DNA from: Smithellaceae bacterium
Lineage (GTDB): Bacteria; Desulfobacterota; Syntrophia; Syntrophales; Smithellaceae
Assembly (NCBI GenBank): GCA_963667845.2
Contig: CAXXVL010000002.1
Coordinates: forward strand, 896,001-960,000
Length of the DNA: 64,000 nt
Direction of reading: 5' to 3'
Shown here: positions 11,386-20,940 of the stretch, piece after piece
Numbering within the stretch: position 1 is the first letter of the stretch
Layout: the number at the start of each line of letters is the position of its first letter
Translations under genes and position numbers: made by a program
The notes under the pieces: model-generated
Databases searched by the model: none
The model's input: the letters and a program-made list of their open reading frames with translations, nothing else
What the model was told of the DNA's origin: nothing

Positions 11386-11732
11386 GTGTTTCATTAATTC
11401 ATACCGTTCGTCCTGAAACTTTCTGGGACGAAGTGATTTCCGAGTCAAAAATCGTTCTACTGCTTTGCATGCCTCATGATGAAGGATTCCCGCGGCAGCA
11501 GCGCGTTCTTGAGGAGATCGCCCAGCTTTACAAAGAAAAAATAAAGGTCGTTTTACCGGAGGAAGCGTTCCTCGACGCGTTCAAGAAAAATCTGAACGTC
11601 GTTGGAACGCCCACATTTTTGATTTTGAAAAGGGGCAAGGAAATAGCCCGGGTATGGGGTGAATCAGACCGGGAGACGTTGATTCAAATCCTCGTGGATA
11701 CGGTGAGGAAGGTTTTAAATGAAAATTTGTGA
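11364..11732 (+). CDS. Thioredoxin-fold protein lacking CxxC
   Basis: ETFWDEVISESKIVLL...NVVGTPTFLILKRGKEIARVWG resembles the thioredoxin fold; single Cys; start uncertain. Confidence 0.7.
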   Translation: MESNRSNSVSLIHTVRPETFWDEVISESKIVLLLCMPHDEGFPRQQRVLEEIAQLYKEKIKVVLPEEAFLDAFKKNLNVVGTPTFLILKRGKEIARVWGESDRETLIQILVDTVRKVLNENL

Positions 11733-11822
11733 AGATGAACAACTGGAGCGGCAGACTGGAAGGGGCTTCTACGATTACCCCCAGAAAGTAGCGCTGATCG
11801 GTCGGTTGAAAGGAGTTTTTTT

Positions 11823-12605
11823 ATGAGCAATTTATTCGATCTGAAAGGCAAGGTCGCGCTGGTTACCGGCGGCGGCCGGGGATTGGGAAAACATATTACG
11901 GCCGGGCTTGCCGAGGCGGGCGCCACGGTCATCATAACGTCGCGAAAGATGGACAACCTGGAAGCGGCGGCCCGGGAGATCGGTGATCGCTACAAGGTTC
12001 CCATTGTTCCGATCGCCTGCGATCAGGCCAGGGAAGAAGATATCAATAACCTGATGAAAGAAGCAACAGGGCAGTTCCCGCGTATTGACATTCTGGTGAA
12101 CAATTCGGGAGTCACCTGGGGGGCGCCGACACTGGAGTTCCCGATCCGAGGATGGGATAAGCTCTTTAACGTCAACCTGCGCGGGGTCTGGATTCTGACC
12201 CAGCAGATCGCCCGTTTGATGAAAGAGCAAGGCGGCGGCAACATTATTAATATCTCTTCCATCACGTCGCTCAGAGGGTTCGAAGAGGACATTCAGCCTT
12301 CCGTCGCCTACAATGCGACCAAGGCCGCACTCAATAACCTGACCATTAATCTGGCCGTAAAACTTGCCTCCTACAATATCCGGGTCAATGCAATTGCTCT
12401 GGGGTATTTCCATTCCGATATGACGTCCTACATGGACATCCCTGAATACAAACATCATTACGAAGCACTCGTCGGGATGGTCCCGATGAAAAGGTTCGGT
12501 GAGGGGAACGACATCAAGGGCGCAGCGGTCTTCCTGGCTTCAGAAGCATCGTCTTTTGTGACCGGTCATATTCTCGCTGTAGACGGCGGGTTCCTGGCAA
12601 GATGA
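11823..12605 (+). CDS. Classical short-chain dehydrogenase/reductase
   Basis: TGGGRGLG, NNSG, YNATK, VNAIALG, TGHILAVDGG. Confidence 0.93.
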   Translation: MSNLFDLKGKVALVTGGGRGLGKHITAGLAEAGATVIITSRKMDNLEAAAREIGDRYKVPIVPIACDQAREEDINNLMKEATGQFPRIDILVNNSGVTWGAPTLEFPIRGWDKLFNVNLRGVWILTQQIARLMKEQGGGNIINISSITSLRGFEEDIQPSVAYNATKAALNNLTINLAVKLASYNIRVNAIALGYFHSDMTSYMDIPEYKHHYEALVGMVPMKRFGEGNDIKGAAVFLASEASSFVTGHILAVDGGFLAR

Positions 12606-12631
12606 CAATAATCAAGAAAGAGAGATAAGAA

Positions 12632-13777
12632 ATGAATTTCAAATTAAATGACGATCAAAAAATGCTCCGGGACTCGGTGCGCCGTATTGCGGAGAGCGAA
12701 TTCGGCCCCCGCGCCGCGGAAGTTGACGAAACTGAAAAATTCCCCCGTGAAGCTTTCCGGACGCTGGCCGAAAACGGCCTGATGGGTATCCAGATTCCGG
12801 AGGAATACGGTGGCGCCGGAGCCGGTATGCTGTCGCTGATCCTGACGGTGGAAGAAGTTGCCCGCGTCTGCGCGTCCACTTCCGTCATTCTGACAACACA
12901 GGCGTTGGCCAGCGATCCGCTTCTGATCGGTGGTACGGAAGAACAGAAGAAGAAATATCTGTACCGGCTCGCCTCGGGTGAGAGTCTGGGCGCATGCGCC
13001 ATCACGGAGCCGGGAGCTGGGTCCGACGTTTCCGGGATGAAGACGGTGGCCAGGAAAGTCAAAGACGGATACGTCCTTAACGGATCCAAGATCTTCATCA
13101 CCAACGGCGGCGAATCGGACATCATCACCGTTTTGGCCTACACGGATAAGGAAAAGGGGAGCAGGGGCATCAGCATGTTTATCGTGGAGAAGGAAGACAA
13201 GGGTTTCATCGTCGGCCGGCAGGAACATAAGATGGGCATTCACGGTTCCGATACACGCGAGCTGACCTTTGAGGACCTGTTTGTCCCGGAGGATCGGCTG
13301 TTAGGCAAGGAAGGGGACGGGTTTAAAATCCTTATGGCCACCTTCAACTACACGCGGCCGGCGGTCGGCGCCCAGGCGCTTGGCATTGCCCAGGGTGCGC
13401 TGGAGCAAGTGATCCGGTATTCCAAAGAACGCGTACAGTTTGGCAAGCCGCTGGCGTCATTCCAGGGCCTTCAGTGGATGATGGCGGAAATGGCGCTGGG
13501 CGTGGAAACCGCGAGGACCATGGTTTACCGCGCAGCGGCAACGATCGACGACGAGCCTGACTCCCCTGACATTCCGAAACTCTCCTCTATGGCGAAGTGG
13601 TACGCTTCGGATGTGGCGAAGAAAGTCACAACGGACGCCGTGCAGATCTTCGGCGGATACGGCTATAGCAGGGAGTATCCGGTTGAGCGGATGATGCGCG
13701 ATGCCAAGATCACCCAGATTTATGAAGGGACCAACCAGGTCCAGCGCATGATCATTGCGGGGCAGATCTTCAGATAA
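12632..13777 (+). CDS. Acyl-CoA dehydrogenase
   Basis: ITEPGAGSD, LNGSKIFITNG, RVQFGKPL, QIFGGYGY, QIYEGTNQVQR. Confidence 0.96.
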   Translation: MNFKLNDDQKMLRDSVRRIAESEFGPRAAEVDETEKFPREAFRTLAENGLMGIQIPEEYGGAGAGMLSLILTVEEVARVCASTSVILTTQALASDPLLIGGTEEQKKKYLYRLASGESLGACAITEPGAGSDVSGMKTVARKVKDGYVLNGSKIFITNGGESDIITVLAYTDKEKGSRGISMFIVEKEDKGFIVGRQEHKMGIHGSDTRELTFEDLFVPEDRLLGKEGDGFKILMATFNYTRPAVGAQALGIAQGALEQVIRYSKERVQFGKPLASFQGLQWMMAEMALGVETARTMVYRAAATIDDEPDSPDIPKLSSMAKWYASDVAKKVTTDAVQIFGGYGYSREYPVERMMRDAKITQIYEGTNQVQRMIIAGQIFR

Positions 13778-13930
13778 GGAACTCGGTCCGGGAGCGCAGG
13801 ACGATGATCCGGCTCTCCAATCAAATGGTGGTGTACTCGAATATATTCAGAAGGGAGGGTAGATAAGAAGAACGTTAAGAATTACAAATCGTCATTATTT
13901 AATTTTCAGCAACAATGAAAGGAGTTGTCT

Positions 13931-15424
13931 ATGAACTGGTTCTTGACACGTAATCATTACATTGTGGTCTTCGCCTGCGCATTGGCTTTGGTTTTGGGAG
14001 GCCTTCTCGGTCCGGGCGAAACGTTTGCAGCAAAACCGACCAAAACTGAAAAAACGGTAAAAACCGCTCCGGGTGCGGAAACCTGGGCCAAGCCCAATGC
14101 GGCTTTCGACGGCACGAAGATCAGCGACATGTCCAAGTTCGATCCCGCGAAGTGGGTCAATCCTGAAGGTGAAGACACCATCCGGATTGCCGTCGTATGG
14201 CCTCACTCCGGTCCCGCGGCCCAGGTGGGCGATAGCGCCTGGCTGTGCATGACCTGGGTTGCTTATGATCTCAACAAACGCGGCGGCATCATGGTCGACG
14301 GCAAAAAGAAGAAGATCGCCCTGTTCAAGGCCGATACCATGTCCAAACCGGATCAGGCCAAGAAGGTCTGCGAGCGCATGGTCCTGCAGGAAAAGGTGCA
14401 CGTCCTGATGGGCTCCTCCGGCAGTAACATCGTAAAGATCCAGAACGAAGTGGCCAACAAGTACAAAGTCATCTCGGTCAACGTCGCCTCTTTGTCGGAG
14501 GAACTCCAGGATGCGGAGAACTTCAACCGTTATTCCTTCATGACTTCCGATTCGACCTTTGCGAATGGTCGGGCATCTGCCTATTTCTACAGCCAGAGGA
14601 AGAAAGAGAAGAAATTCTATATTCTGTGCCAGGACTATTCATACGGTCACGATATCGCTAAAGGGTTTAAAATGGGACTGAAAGAATACTACCCGGAAGC
14701 GCAGCTTGTGGGCGAAGATTATCATAAGCTGTTTTTGACCGACTATGCTCCTTACCTGACCAAGATCAAGGCCTCGGGCGCCGAGGTGATCTTCACGGGC
14801 GACTGGATGCCGGACATCAGCAACCTGCTGAAGCAGTCCCGTCAGATGGGATTGAATATTCCGATCGTCGGCAACTACCTTGATGACACGAATGCGCTCA
14901 TTCAGATCGGAATCGAAGGCACCAAGGGCCTCATGAACGTCAAGCCCGGCGAAAAGGTCGGTCCTACATTTACCGATCCGGGGATCACCAGATTATATCA
15001 GACCTGGAACACCCAATGGAAAAACGTCTGGACTGCCCCCTTCAATACAGTCCTGCTCAAATATCCCTCAGGAGCCTGGGGCAACTGGATCCAGAACTTC
15101 TACTGGACTCTGAGCGTCATCGAGCGGGCCAAGAGCACCGATCCTGAAAAGATCATAAAGGTCTGGGAAGGCGACACCTATAAGATGGTAACCGGACGGC
15201 TGATCAAGATGCGGGCCTGCGACCACAAGTCGATTCAAGGATACCGGATGGGCGAGCACGTACCGCCGGCCGAGCAGAAGCAGAATATGAATATCCCGCC
15301 TTACCACTGGATGGATAATACCTCCATGGTCGGCCCCACCTGGGATATCCCGGCCGAGAAGGTCCTTCCCTGGATGGATCAGAAACTCGATAGGTGCAAG
15401 GGCAAAAACGACTGGGGTGAATAG
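13931..15424 (+). CDS. ABC-type solute-binding protein, LivK/branched-chain family (no cognate permease here)
   Basis: Signal peptide; N..GGI, QDYSYGH, DYAPYLTKIKASGAEVIF, MRACDH. Confidence 0.88.
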   Translation: MNWFLTRNHYIVVFACALALVLGGLLGPGETFAAKPTKTEKTVKTAPGAETWAKPNAAFDGTKISDMSKFDPAKWVNPEGEDTIRIAVVWPHSGPAAQVGDSAWLCMTWVAYDLNKRGGIMVDGKKKKIALFKADTMSKPDQAKKVCERMVLQEKVHVLMGSSGSNIVKIQNEVANKYKVISVNVASLSEELQDAENFNRYSFMTSDSTFANGRASAYFYSQRKKEKKFYILCQDYSYGHDIAKGFKMGLKEYYPEAQLVGEDYHKLFLTDYAPYLTKIKASGAEVIFTGDWMPDISNLLKQSRQMGLNIPIVGNYLDDTNALIQIGIEGTKGLMNVKPGEKVGPTFTDPGITRLYQTWNTQWKNVWTAPFNTVLLKYPSGAWGNWIQNFYWTLSVIERAKSTDPEKIIKVWEGDTYKMVTGRLIKMRACDHKSIQGYRMGEHVPPAEQKQNMNIPPYHWMDNTSMVGPTWDIPAEKVLPWMDQKLDRCKGKNDWGE

Positions 15425-15610
15425 AGATTGAATAAACTCCGCGGTTCTTCTCCGCTCTCTTTTTCACAAGTCCCTCCTCCTGTGAAGGAAGGGTGGAGGA
15501 GAACCTTCCGGTGACTCCAAGAGATGTGGATAAATTTGCAACAATGTGAGAGACTTCTCCGCGAGCTGCTGTGGAGATCTTCAGCAAAAAAATGTTTAAA
15601 GGGTAGCTAA

Positions 15611-16660
15611 ATGTCGAATGAAACAAAAGTAATGACGGCAAAAGAAGCGATCGGCCGTTTTGTCCATGACGGGGATAGCCTGGTGGTGGGCAATTATACG
15701 GAGGGAATTCCCTATAACTTGATCTTTGAAATTATTCGCCAGAGAAAGAGGAGGCTGACCTACTACAGCCAGTCCGGCACCGCGGACGCGGAGTTCCTCG
15801 TTGCAGGCGATTGTGTGGAAAAGATGTGCTCTGCCTTTATCCACAAATGGGGCGGGCGCGGTGCCGGGAGCATGGTGGAACGCTATCAGCGGGCAGGAAA
15901 GCTCCAGGTAGAGGACTACACGAATTTCACATACAACGCCCGGCTTGCGGCCGGCGCATACGGCTATGAGTTCATGCCCGTTCTGCCGGCCATCATGGAT
16001 TCTGATGTCTTCCATGTCCGGGGTTATCTGGGGGAGAAAAAATTCGGCTTGGTGAAGAGTCCTTTTTCCGGCAAAGACATCCCCGTTGTCCCCGCGGCCA
16101 ATCCCGATGTTTGCATCTTGCACGTCCAACGGGCCGACGTAAATGGCAATGCCCAGCATTGGGGCGGCCTGGGCTCCACCGTTCATGCCTGTCTGGCCAG
16201 CAGGAAGATCATCGTCTCGTGCGAGGAAATCGTGGACTACGACATCATCAAATCGAGTCCGCACCTCACGATCGTCCCCGGTTTCAGGGTCAATGCGGTG
16301 ATTGAGGAGCCGTACGGATGTCATCCGGGCGAGCTGCCAGGCTACCGAAACACAGATTTAGCGATGATGAGCATTATCAACGCGGCCATCTCTTCCGAAG
16401 CAGGGCTGGCATCCATGTTCGATGAATGGGTTTATGGCTTGCCTGACCGTGCTGCCTATATCCAGCACTACGTCAAAATTTTCGGGCAACGATCACTGGA
16501 CCGCTTCAAGGCCAGGTCTTACTATTCCGCACCCGCCAATTATGGCGTGGCTTTCTCATCAGGCTGGGATACCAATGGTCTGGTGTTGAATTTGGGTGTG
16601 GACATGAAAGGGCTGGAGCGATTGATTGAAGAAAGGGGAGAACTGGTTGATGTTAAGTAA
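15611..16660 (+). CDS. Family I CoA-transferase subunit A (glutaconate CoA-transferase-like)
   Basis: MTAKEAIGRFVHDGD, KSPFSG..IPVVPAANPDVCILHVQRADVNGN, EEPYGCHP. Confidence 0.88.
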   Translation: MSNETKVMTAKEAIGRFVHDGDSLVVGNYTEGIPYNLIFEIIRQRKRRLTYYSQSGTADAEFLVAGDCVEKMCSAFIHKWGGRGAGSMVERYQRAGKLQVEDYTNFTYNARLAAGAYGYEFMPVLPAIMDSDVFHVRGYLGEKKFGLVKSPFSGKDIPVVPAANPDVCILHVQRADVNGNAQHWGGLGSTVHACLASRKIIVSCEEIVDYDIIKSSPHLTIVPGFRVNAVIEEPYGCHPGELPGYRNTDLAMMSIINAAISSEAGLASMFDEWVYGLPDRAAYIQHYVKIFGQRSLDRFKARSYYSAPANYGVAFSSGWDTNGLVLNLGVDMKGLERLIEERGELVDVK

Positions 16661-17477
16661 AAAAATTACCAAAGAAGAGCTGCTGATCGTGACGGCCGCC
16701 CGTCAGATCAAGGATCACGACGTCTGTGTCCTGGGCATCGGAATGCCGATACTGGCGGGGGCTCTGGCCAAGCACACGCACGCTCCCGCTGTGGTCCTGC
16801 TGATGGAATCGGGCATCGTCGATTTCGAACCGGTCGTTCTGCCGATCAATGTCGCCGATGCTACCTGTACGCGTGGATACGGCTATGCCATCGACCTGTT
16901 CAGCGTTTTCACGACGATCGCCTACGCGGGTTACCTGGACAAGGCTTTTCTTGGCGTGGGGCAAATCGATAAGTATGGAAATATCAATACGTCTTATCTG
17001 GGAATGCCTCCCCAAGCCCAGCGCATCACGGCCGCGGGAGGGGCGCCGGAGTTCTATGCTTATGCCAAGGAAACGATCCTGACCATGAAGGGGAAAGGCT
17101 TCGTCGAGAAGCTGCCCTATCGCACATCCACGGGATTCATGGGCGGAGGTGATGAACGTGAACGATCCGGCCGTTACACGCCGGGTTCCGGTCCTAGCGT
17201 CCTGATCACGTCAAAAGGAATCTTTAAATTTCACAAAGAGACAAAGGAAATGTACCTGGATGCCCTTTTCCCCGGCATGACAGTGGACGATGTCAGAGCG
17301 GACGTCCCCTGGGACCTGCAGGTAGCCGAAGAAATCCAATCCTTTCCGGTGCCCAATGATGAAGAGATAGATTATCTGCGGCGTTTTTCTCCGTCCAGCT
17401 CGCTTCCCAACCAAGTGGCCACGCAGTTATCCATTGAGCACTTTAGAAGGCAGGCCATGGCGGAAACCCTGAAATAA
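16650..17477 (+). CDS. Family I CoA-transferase subunit B
   Basis: GIGMP, catalytic-type LMESG, GQIDKYGNINTS; overlaps subunit A stop. Confidence 0.88.
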   Translation: MLSKKITKEELLIVTAARQIKDHDVCVLGIGMPILAGALAKHTHAPAVVLLMESGIVDFEPVVLPINVADATCTRGYGYAIDLFSVFTTIAYAGYLDKAFLGVGQIDKYGNINTSYLGMPPQAQRITAAGGAPEFYAYAKETILTMKGKGFVEKLPYRTSTGFMGGGDERERSGRYTPGSGPSVLITSKGIFKFHKETKEMYLDALFPGMTVDDVRADVPWDLQVAEEIQSFPVPNDEEIDYLRRFSPSSSLPNQVATQLSIEHFRRQAMAETLK

Positions 17478-17503
17478 ATACGACGCTGTAATTTAGACTT
17501 TGA

Positions 17504-17535
17504 ATAGGCCGGAGGGATCCGGCCTATCTTTTTTT
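17504..17535 (+). terminator. Intrinsic terminator of the CoA-transferase operon
   Basis: ATAGGCCGGA-GGGA-TCCGGCCTAT followed by a T run. Confidence 0.8.
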
Positions 17536-17706
17536 GTCCCCTGGCCGGGGAAAAACTGAAGACGGCAAAAATTATCAATTCACGCTCGCAACCCCTGAGA
17601 CAGCGGATAGTTGATTTTTAGATGAAAGAGGTAAACGATTCAATCTCCGCTGCAGAGCATTTTGATGCGCCAGCCGTTAAGTCTGAAGCATAGCGCACAT
17701 CATCGT

Positions 17707-18099
17707 TTATTTAACGGTAATGACCGGACAGCTGGCATTCAATATGACATGCTGAGCTGTTGAACCGGTAATAATTTTCCCCACCCGTGAGGTTTTGACA
17801 ATTCCTACTATAATAAAATCGGCCTGAACTTCCTCGGCAAAGTCAACGATATCCTCTCCGGGCTGGAGGCCGCGAATAAGCAAATGTTGTTCATAAGTTA
17901 TTCCTGCCTTGGCAAGTTCTTCTTCAACAAATTTCAATTGCATCTCCGCTTCATCAATGGCCTTTGTGTCCGAGGTACGCCCTCCGATACGAGAAACAAC
18001 AACGTTAACCTTCGCCTTCATTTCCTTTGCCAGTTTTTTAGTCAACTCCAGTGCTGTTTTCGACGAATCGGAACCATCATATGCTAAAACTAAATTCAT
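17707..18099 (-). CDS. Universal stress protein (UspA family)
   Basis: LVLAYDGSDSS, ADFIIVG, GSTAQHVILNASCPVITVK. Confidence 0.93.
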   Translation of the reverse strand: MNLVLAYDGSDSSKTALELTKKLAKEMKAKVNVVVSRIGGRTSDTKAIDEAEMQLKFVEEELAKAGITYEQHLLIRGLQPGEDIVDFAEEVQADFIIVGIVKTSRVGKIITGSTAQHVILNASCPVITVK

Positions 18100-18435
18100 T
18101 TGTCTGTCTCCTTTCCTGCTGCTTCTGAATGATTAATAGTTAAAGAACAAAACATTATATACCTTATGTAATAACTACTCTAACTTGACTGTCAAGTTTT
18201 AACCTTCTTTAACCTTAAAGACATTAGTGCCGAACACTGGCTTTGAAGTGAAATTTTCTATTGTCCCCGGAGCAGAGTATCAGACAATTCTGATCGACAT
18301 TTTTCGATTGCCATTCGCATTAACACTATTTGCATACAATCCTCCTTGAAACCCTCTACTGCATATCCAGATGTCGATTAAATCAGAGTTCAGCGGCTAT
18401 AGGATTCGCGCCTGGTTTCTAAGTCGCGACAGCGA

Positions 18436-20430
18436 TCAATAGCTCACGGCCTGGCGCGCTTTTTCCAGGCAGGCGATCAGATCTTGCATATGCTTATCTT
18501 CAATAAAAGGCGACATGACGAATGATTTTATGGCAAGGACCGGTTCGCCACAGGCCGCGGTCCGGTAATGCGCTGTCACCGACAAGGCAAAACCGCTTTC
18601 CTGCTCCATCTGGCGATGCAACTCGTCAAAGATTTTCCGGTTATACTCATTGTTCCGCCTCAGACTCTCTGCTGCCTCCGGGTTATTGAGCTCGTCGTAA
18701 AAGACCGCCTTGGCATTGATTCCATCGGGGTAGACCCGGAACAACGTCACCGGACCATAATTGTAATCATTGACCTGGCACATGGCCGGATGTTCGTCCA
18801 ACCGCCTTCTCAGCACTTCAGACATGGTCACGAGGTGCCCCAGTAGCCCCCGATAACCTTCCTTGCCGAACAACTTCAGATTGGCCAGGGCCGCAAGCAC
18901 CGAGCCGCCGGCGCGGGAGGTTTCCAGGGTAAACACGCCGGGGTGATAGTTGCCGAACTGAAACAGGTAGGGCATAAGTCCGGTATCGCGGCTGATGAGG
19001 TTCAGGTCATCTCTGTTTTTACAGAGAATCATGCTCGAGACATAGGGCCCGAAGCCCGTCTTGTGAAAATCAATGCCCACCGTGTCGGCCCGTGACAACG
19101 CACTGATGTTGACCTGCGTGTCCCAGAGGCAGCGCAGGGCACGGGGATTGAACCCCAGCGTGTTGGCATCAAAGTCGTAGTCGTTAAAAACCGACCAGGC
19201 CCAGCCGATAACGGCGTCGGCATGAATGTGAGGCAGGTAGGGCAGCTTGTATTCAGCAGCCAGGCTGTCGCGCAGGCCGGCGATATACTGGAGATTGTCC
19301 ATACCGAAGGCATCGGTGGTTCCCATAGTCGCAATGATGGCGGCGATTTTTTCTCCCCGGTCCAGAAGGTTGCGCAGGATCTTTTCCAGGGCGGCCAGAT
19401 CCATGGAATTATCGGCATCGGTAGGAACGGTCACCAAACTGTCCGTTCCGAGACCCAGCCAGCCGGGAACATTGATCTTTGCATAATGAGCCGCACTCGA
19501 AGCAACCAGTTTTGCGGGTTCATGCACACCCCGGCTGAACGTTCCGGGGCACGCCTTTTCCAGACCGAGCTTGACGCCATAGAGGATCGTGCCTGTGCCG
19601 CCAAAGGTGCAAAAGCCTGCTGCGCGCTCAGGATCATACCCGACAAGTGTGGCGCACATGGCCGCTGCCTCAATTTCGGCAAGACCGACGCGGTAGCTGT
19701 ATTCATCCGAGATGATGTTCGGATTGTAGATGGCGCCGAAGAGATTGCCGATGATGGATGGCACCGATGTCGGCGGGACAACGTTTTCCTGCGTGCGGGG
19801 ATGGCTCCAGATGAAACCGCCCTGCATGTACTCCGCGATGCCGGCGACCGTTTCTGCGACGCCCGACATGGTTTCCGGAACCTGCAGTGACCGGGCCTGG
19901 CTGTAGTCAATGGGTTCGCGCACGCCCAGGTAGGGGTGGCCTGTTTTGAGCTTGTCGATTTGTTCCAGACCGTTGGCTATCGAGGCGACAAATTGTTTAT
20001 CGGCATCAGCGTCCGAGACCGGGGAAGGAAAGGCGCTCCGCAAGAGGGGGAGCAGATCGGCGTAAGTTTTGCCCCGCCTGGCGACCGTTCCGGGCGCGGC
20101 CCGGAAACCGGAGGAAAAAGCTTCGAGTAAGCCGGACAGTTCCAGCACCTGACGGATCGTCGGGCTGGCCTGTATCAGACGGAAAGGCAGGAGATTATGA
20201 GTTTCTCCGGCTGCCGAGCGCGCGGCCGCCAATTTCATCAGAAAAAGAAGGGATCGGATGCCCGCGCTGGAAATATACTGCAAGTGCGAAAAGTCGAGGA
20301 CTACCGGCTGTTCGCTTTCCCGCACCAGCGGTTCGAGGGTATTTTCAAATTCTTTGGCGGAGGCAACATCCAGCCTTCCTGCGCATGTCACGGTTATGCG
20401 GGTTGCTCTCTTTTCGATATTGATATCCAT
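18436..20430 (-). CDS. Fusion: N-terminal STAS/anti-sigma-factor-antagonist domain + group II PLP-dependent decarboxylase
   Basis: GRLD...VVLDFSHLQYISSAGIRSLL...IRQVLELSGL (STAS); TFGGTG, ATMGTTDAFG, HIHADA, DFHK, LETSR (decarboxylase); AAGGA RBS before ATG 20430. Confidence 0.88.
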   Translation of the reverse strand: MDINIEKRATRITVTCAGRLDVASAKEFENTLEPLVRESEQPVVLDFSHLQYISSAGIRSLLFLMKLAAARSAAGETHNLLPFRLIQASPTIRQVLELSGLLEAFSSGFRAAPGTVARRGKTYADLLPLLRSAFPSPVSDADADKQFVASIANGLEQIDKLKTGHPYLGVREPIDYSQARSLQVPETMSGVAETVAGIAEYMQGGFIWSHPRTQENVVPPTSVPSIIGNLFGAIYNPNIISDEYSYRVGLAEIEAAAMCATLVGYDPERAAGFCTFGGTGTILYGVKLGLEKACPGTFSRGVHEPAKLVASSAAHYAKINVPGWLGLGTDSLVTVPTDADNSMDLAALEKILRNLLDRGEKIAAIIATMGTTDAFGMDNLQYIAGLRDSLAAEYKLPYLPHIHADAVIGWAWSVFNDYDFDANTLGFNPRALRCLWDTQVNISALSRADTVGIDFHKTGFGPYVSSMILCKNRDDLNLISRDTGLMPYLFQFGNYHPGVFTLETSRAGGSVLAALANLKLFGKEGYRGLLGHLVTMSEVLRRRLDEHPAMCQVNDYNYGPVTLFRVYPDGINAKAVFYDELNNPEAAESLRRNNEYNRKIFDELHRQMEQESGFALSVTAHYRTAACGEPVLAIKSFVMSPFIEDKHMQDLIACLEKARQAVSY

Positions 20431-20882
20431 TGCGCTTCCTTTCGTGCAGTCGAACTGATTTTGAATGACGTACTGAAAAAACAATAGCGGCATTTGTGAA
20501 AAGATTCAACGAACAAATATAGGAGATGGCGCTGTTTCGAAAGCGTCAGAGCGATTGGATCATGATGCAAAGCTGCCAGAGGCTATTTCGAAATAAAGAT
20601 GGAACGAAATGAAAAGCGCAAAGAATGAAGGTGGTAAAACGGATGCCGATGAACCATTTTATGACAGCCGCAAATTATTTCTGTGTCGATGCAACAAGAC
20701 GGCAATGATGTATCAGAGAGTCTCTCTTCCCCGAATCCTGATAATCCATTTCTTTGTCCGTGCCTCGTACTTCTTGCAAAGGGCCCGCGTATCGCATGTT
20801 CTTATCCTCCTATCCGAAAATCAGCAAGATCCGGCGGACAGTTAAATTGAGACTTCTGCGGCGCGGCAAACCGATATAACAA

Positions 20883-20911
20883 TTGACAGGTTGTCGCATT
20901 GATTCTATAAT
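20883..20911 (+). promoter_or_regulatory. Consensus sigma70 promoter of the DsbC-like gene
   Basis: TTGACA, 17 nt, TATAAT. Confidence 0.85.
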
Positions 20912-20940
20912 TATCAATCTTTTCAAAAGGAGTCATTTCC

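Noticed and set aside
20525..20600. Possible c-di-GMP-I riboswitch (GATGCAAAGCTGCC...)
   Set aside because: It lacks the upstream GGCAAA / GNRA-capped P2 arrangement; only a partial resemblance.
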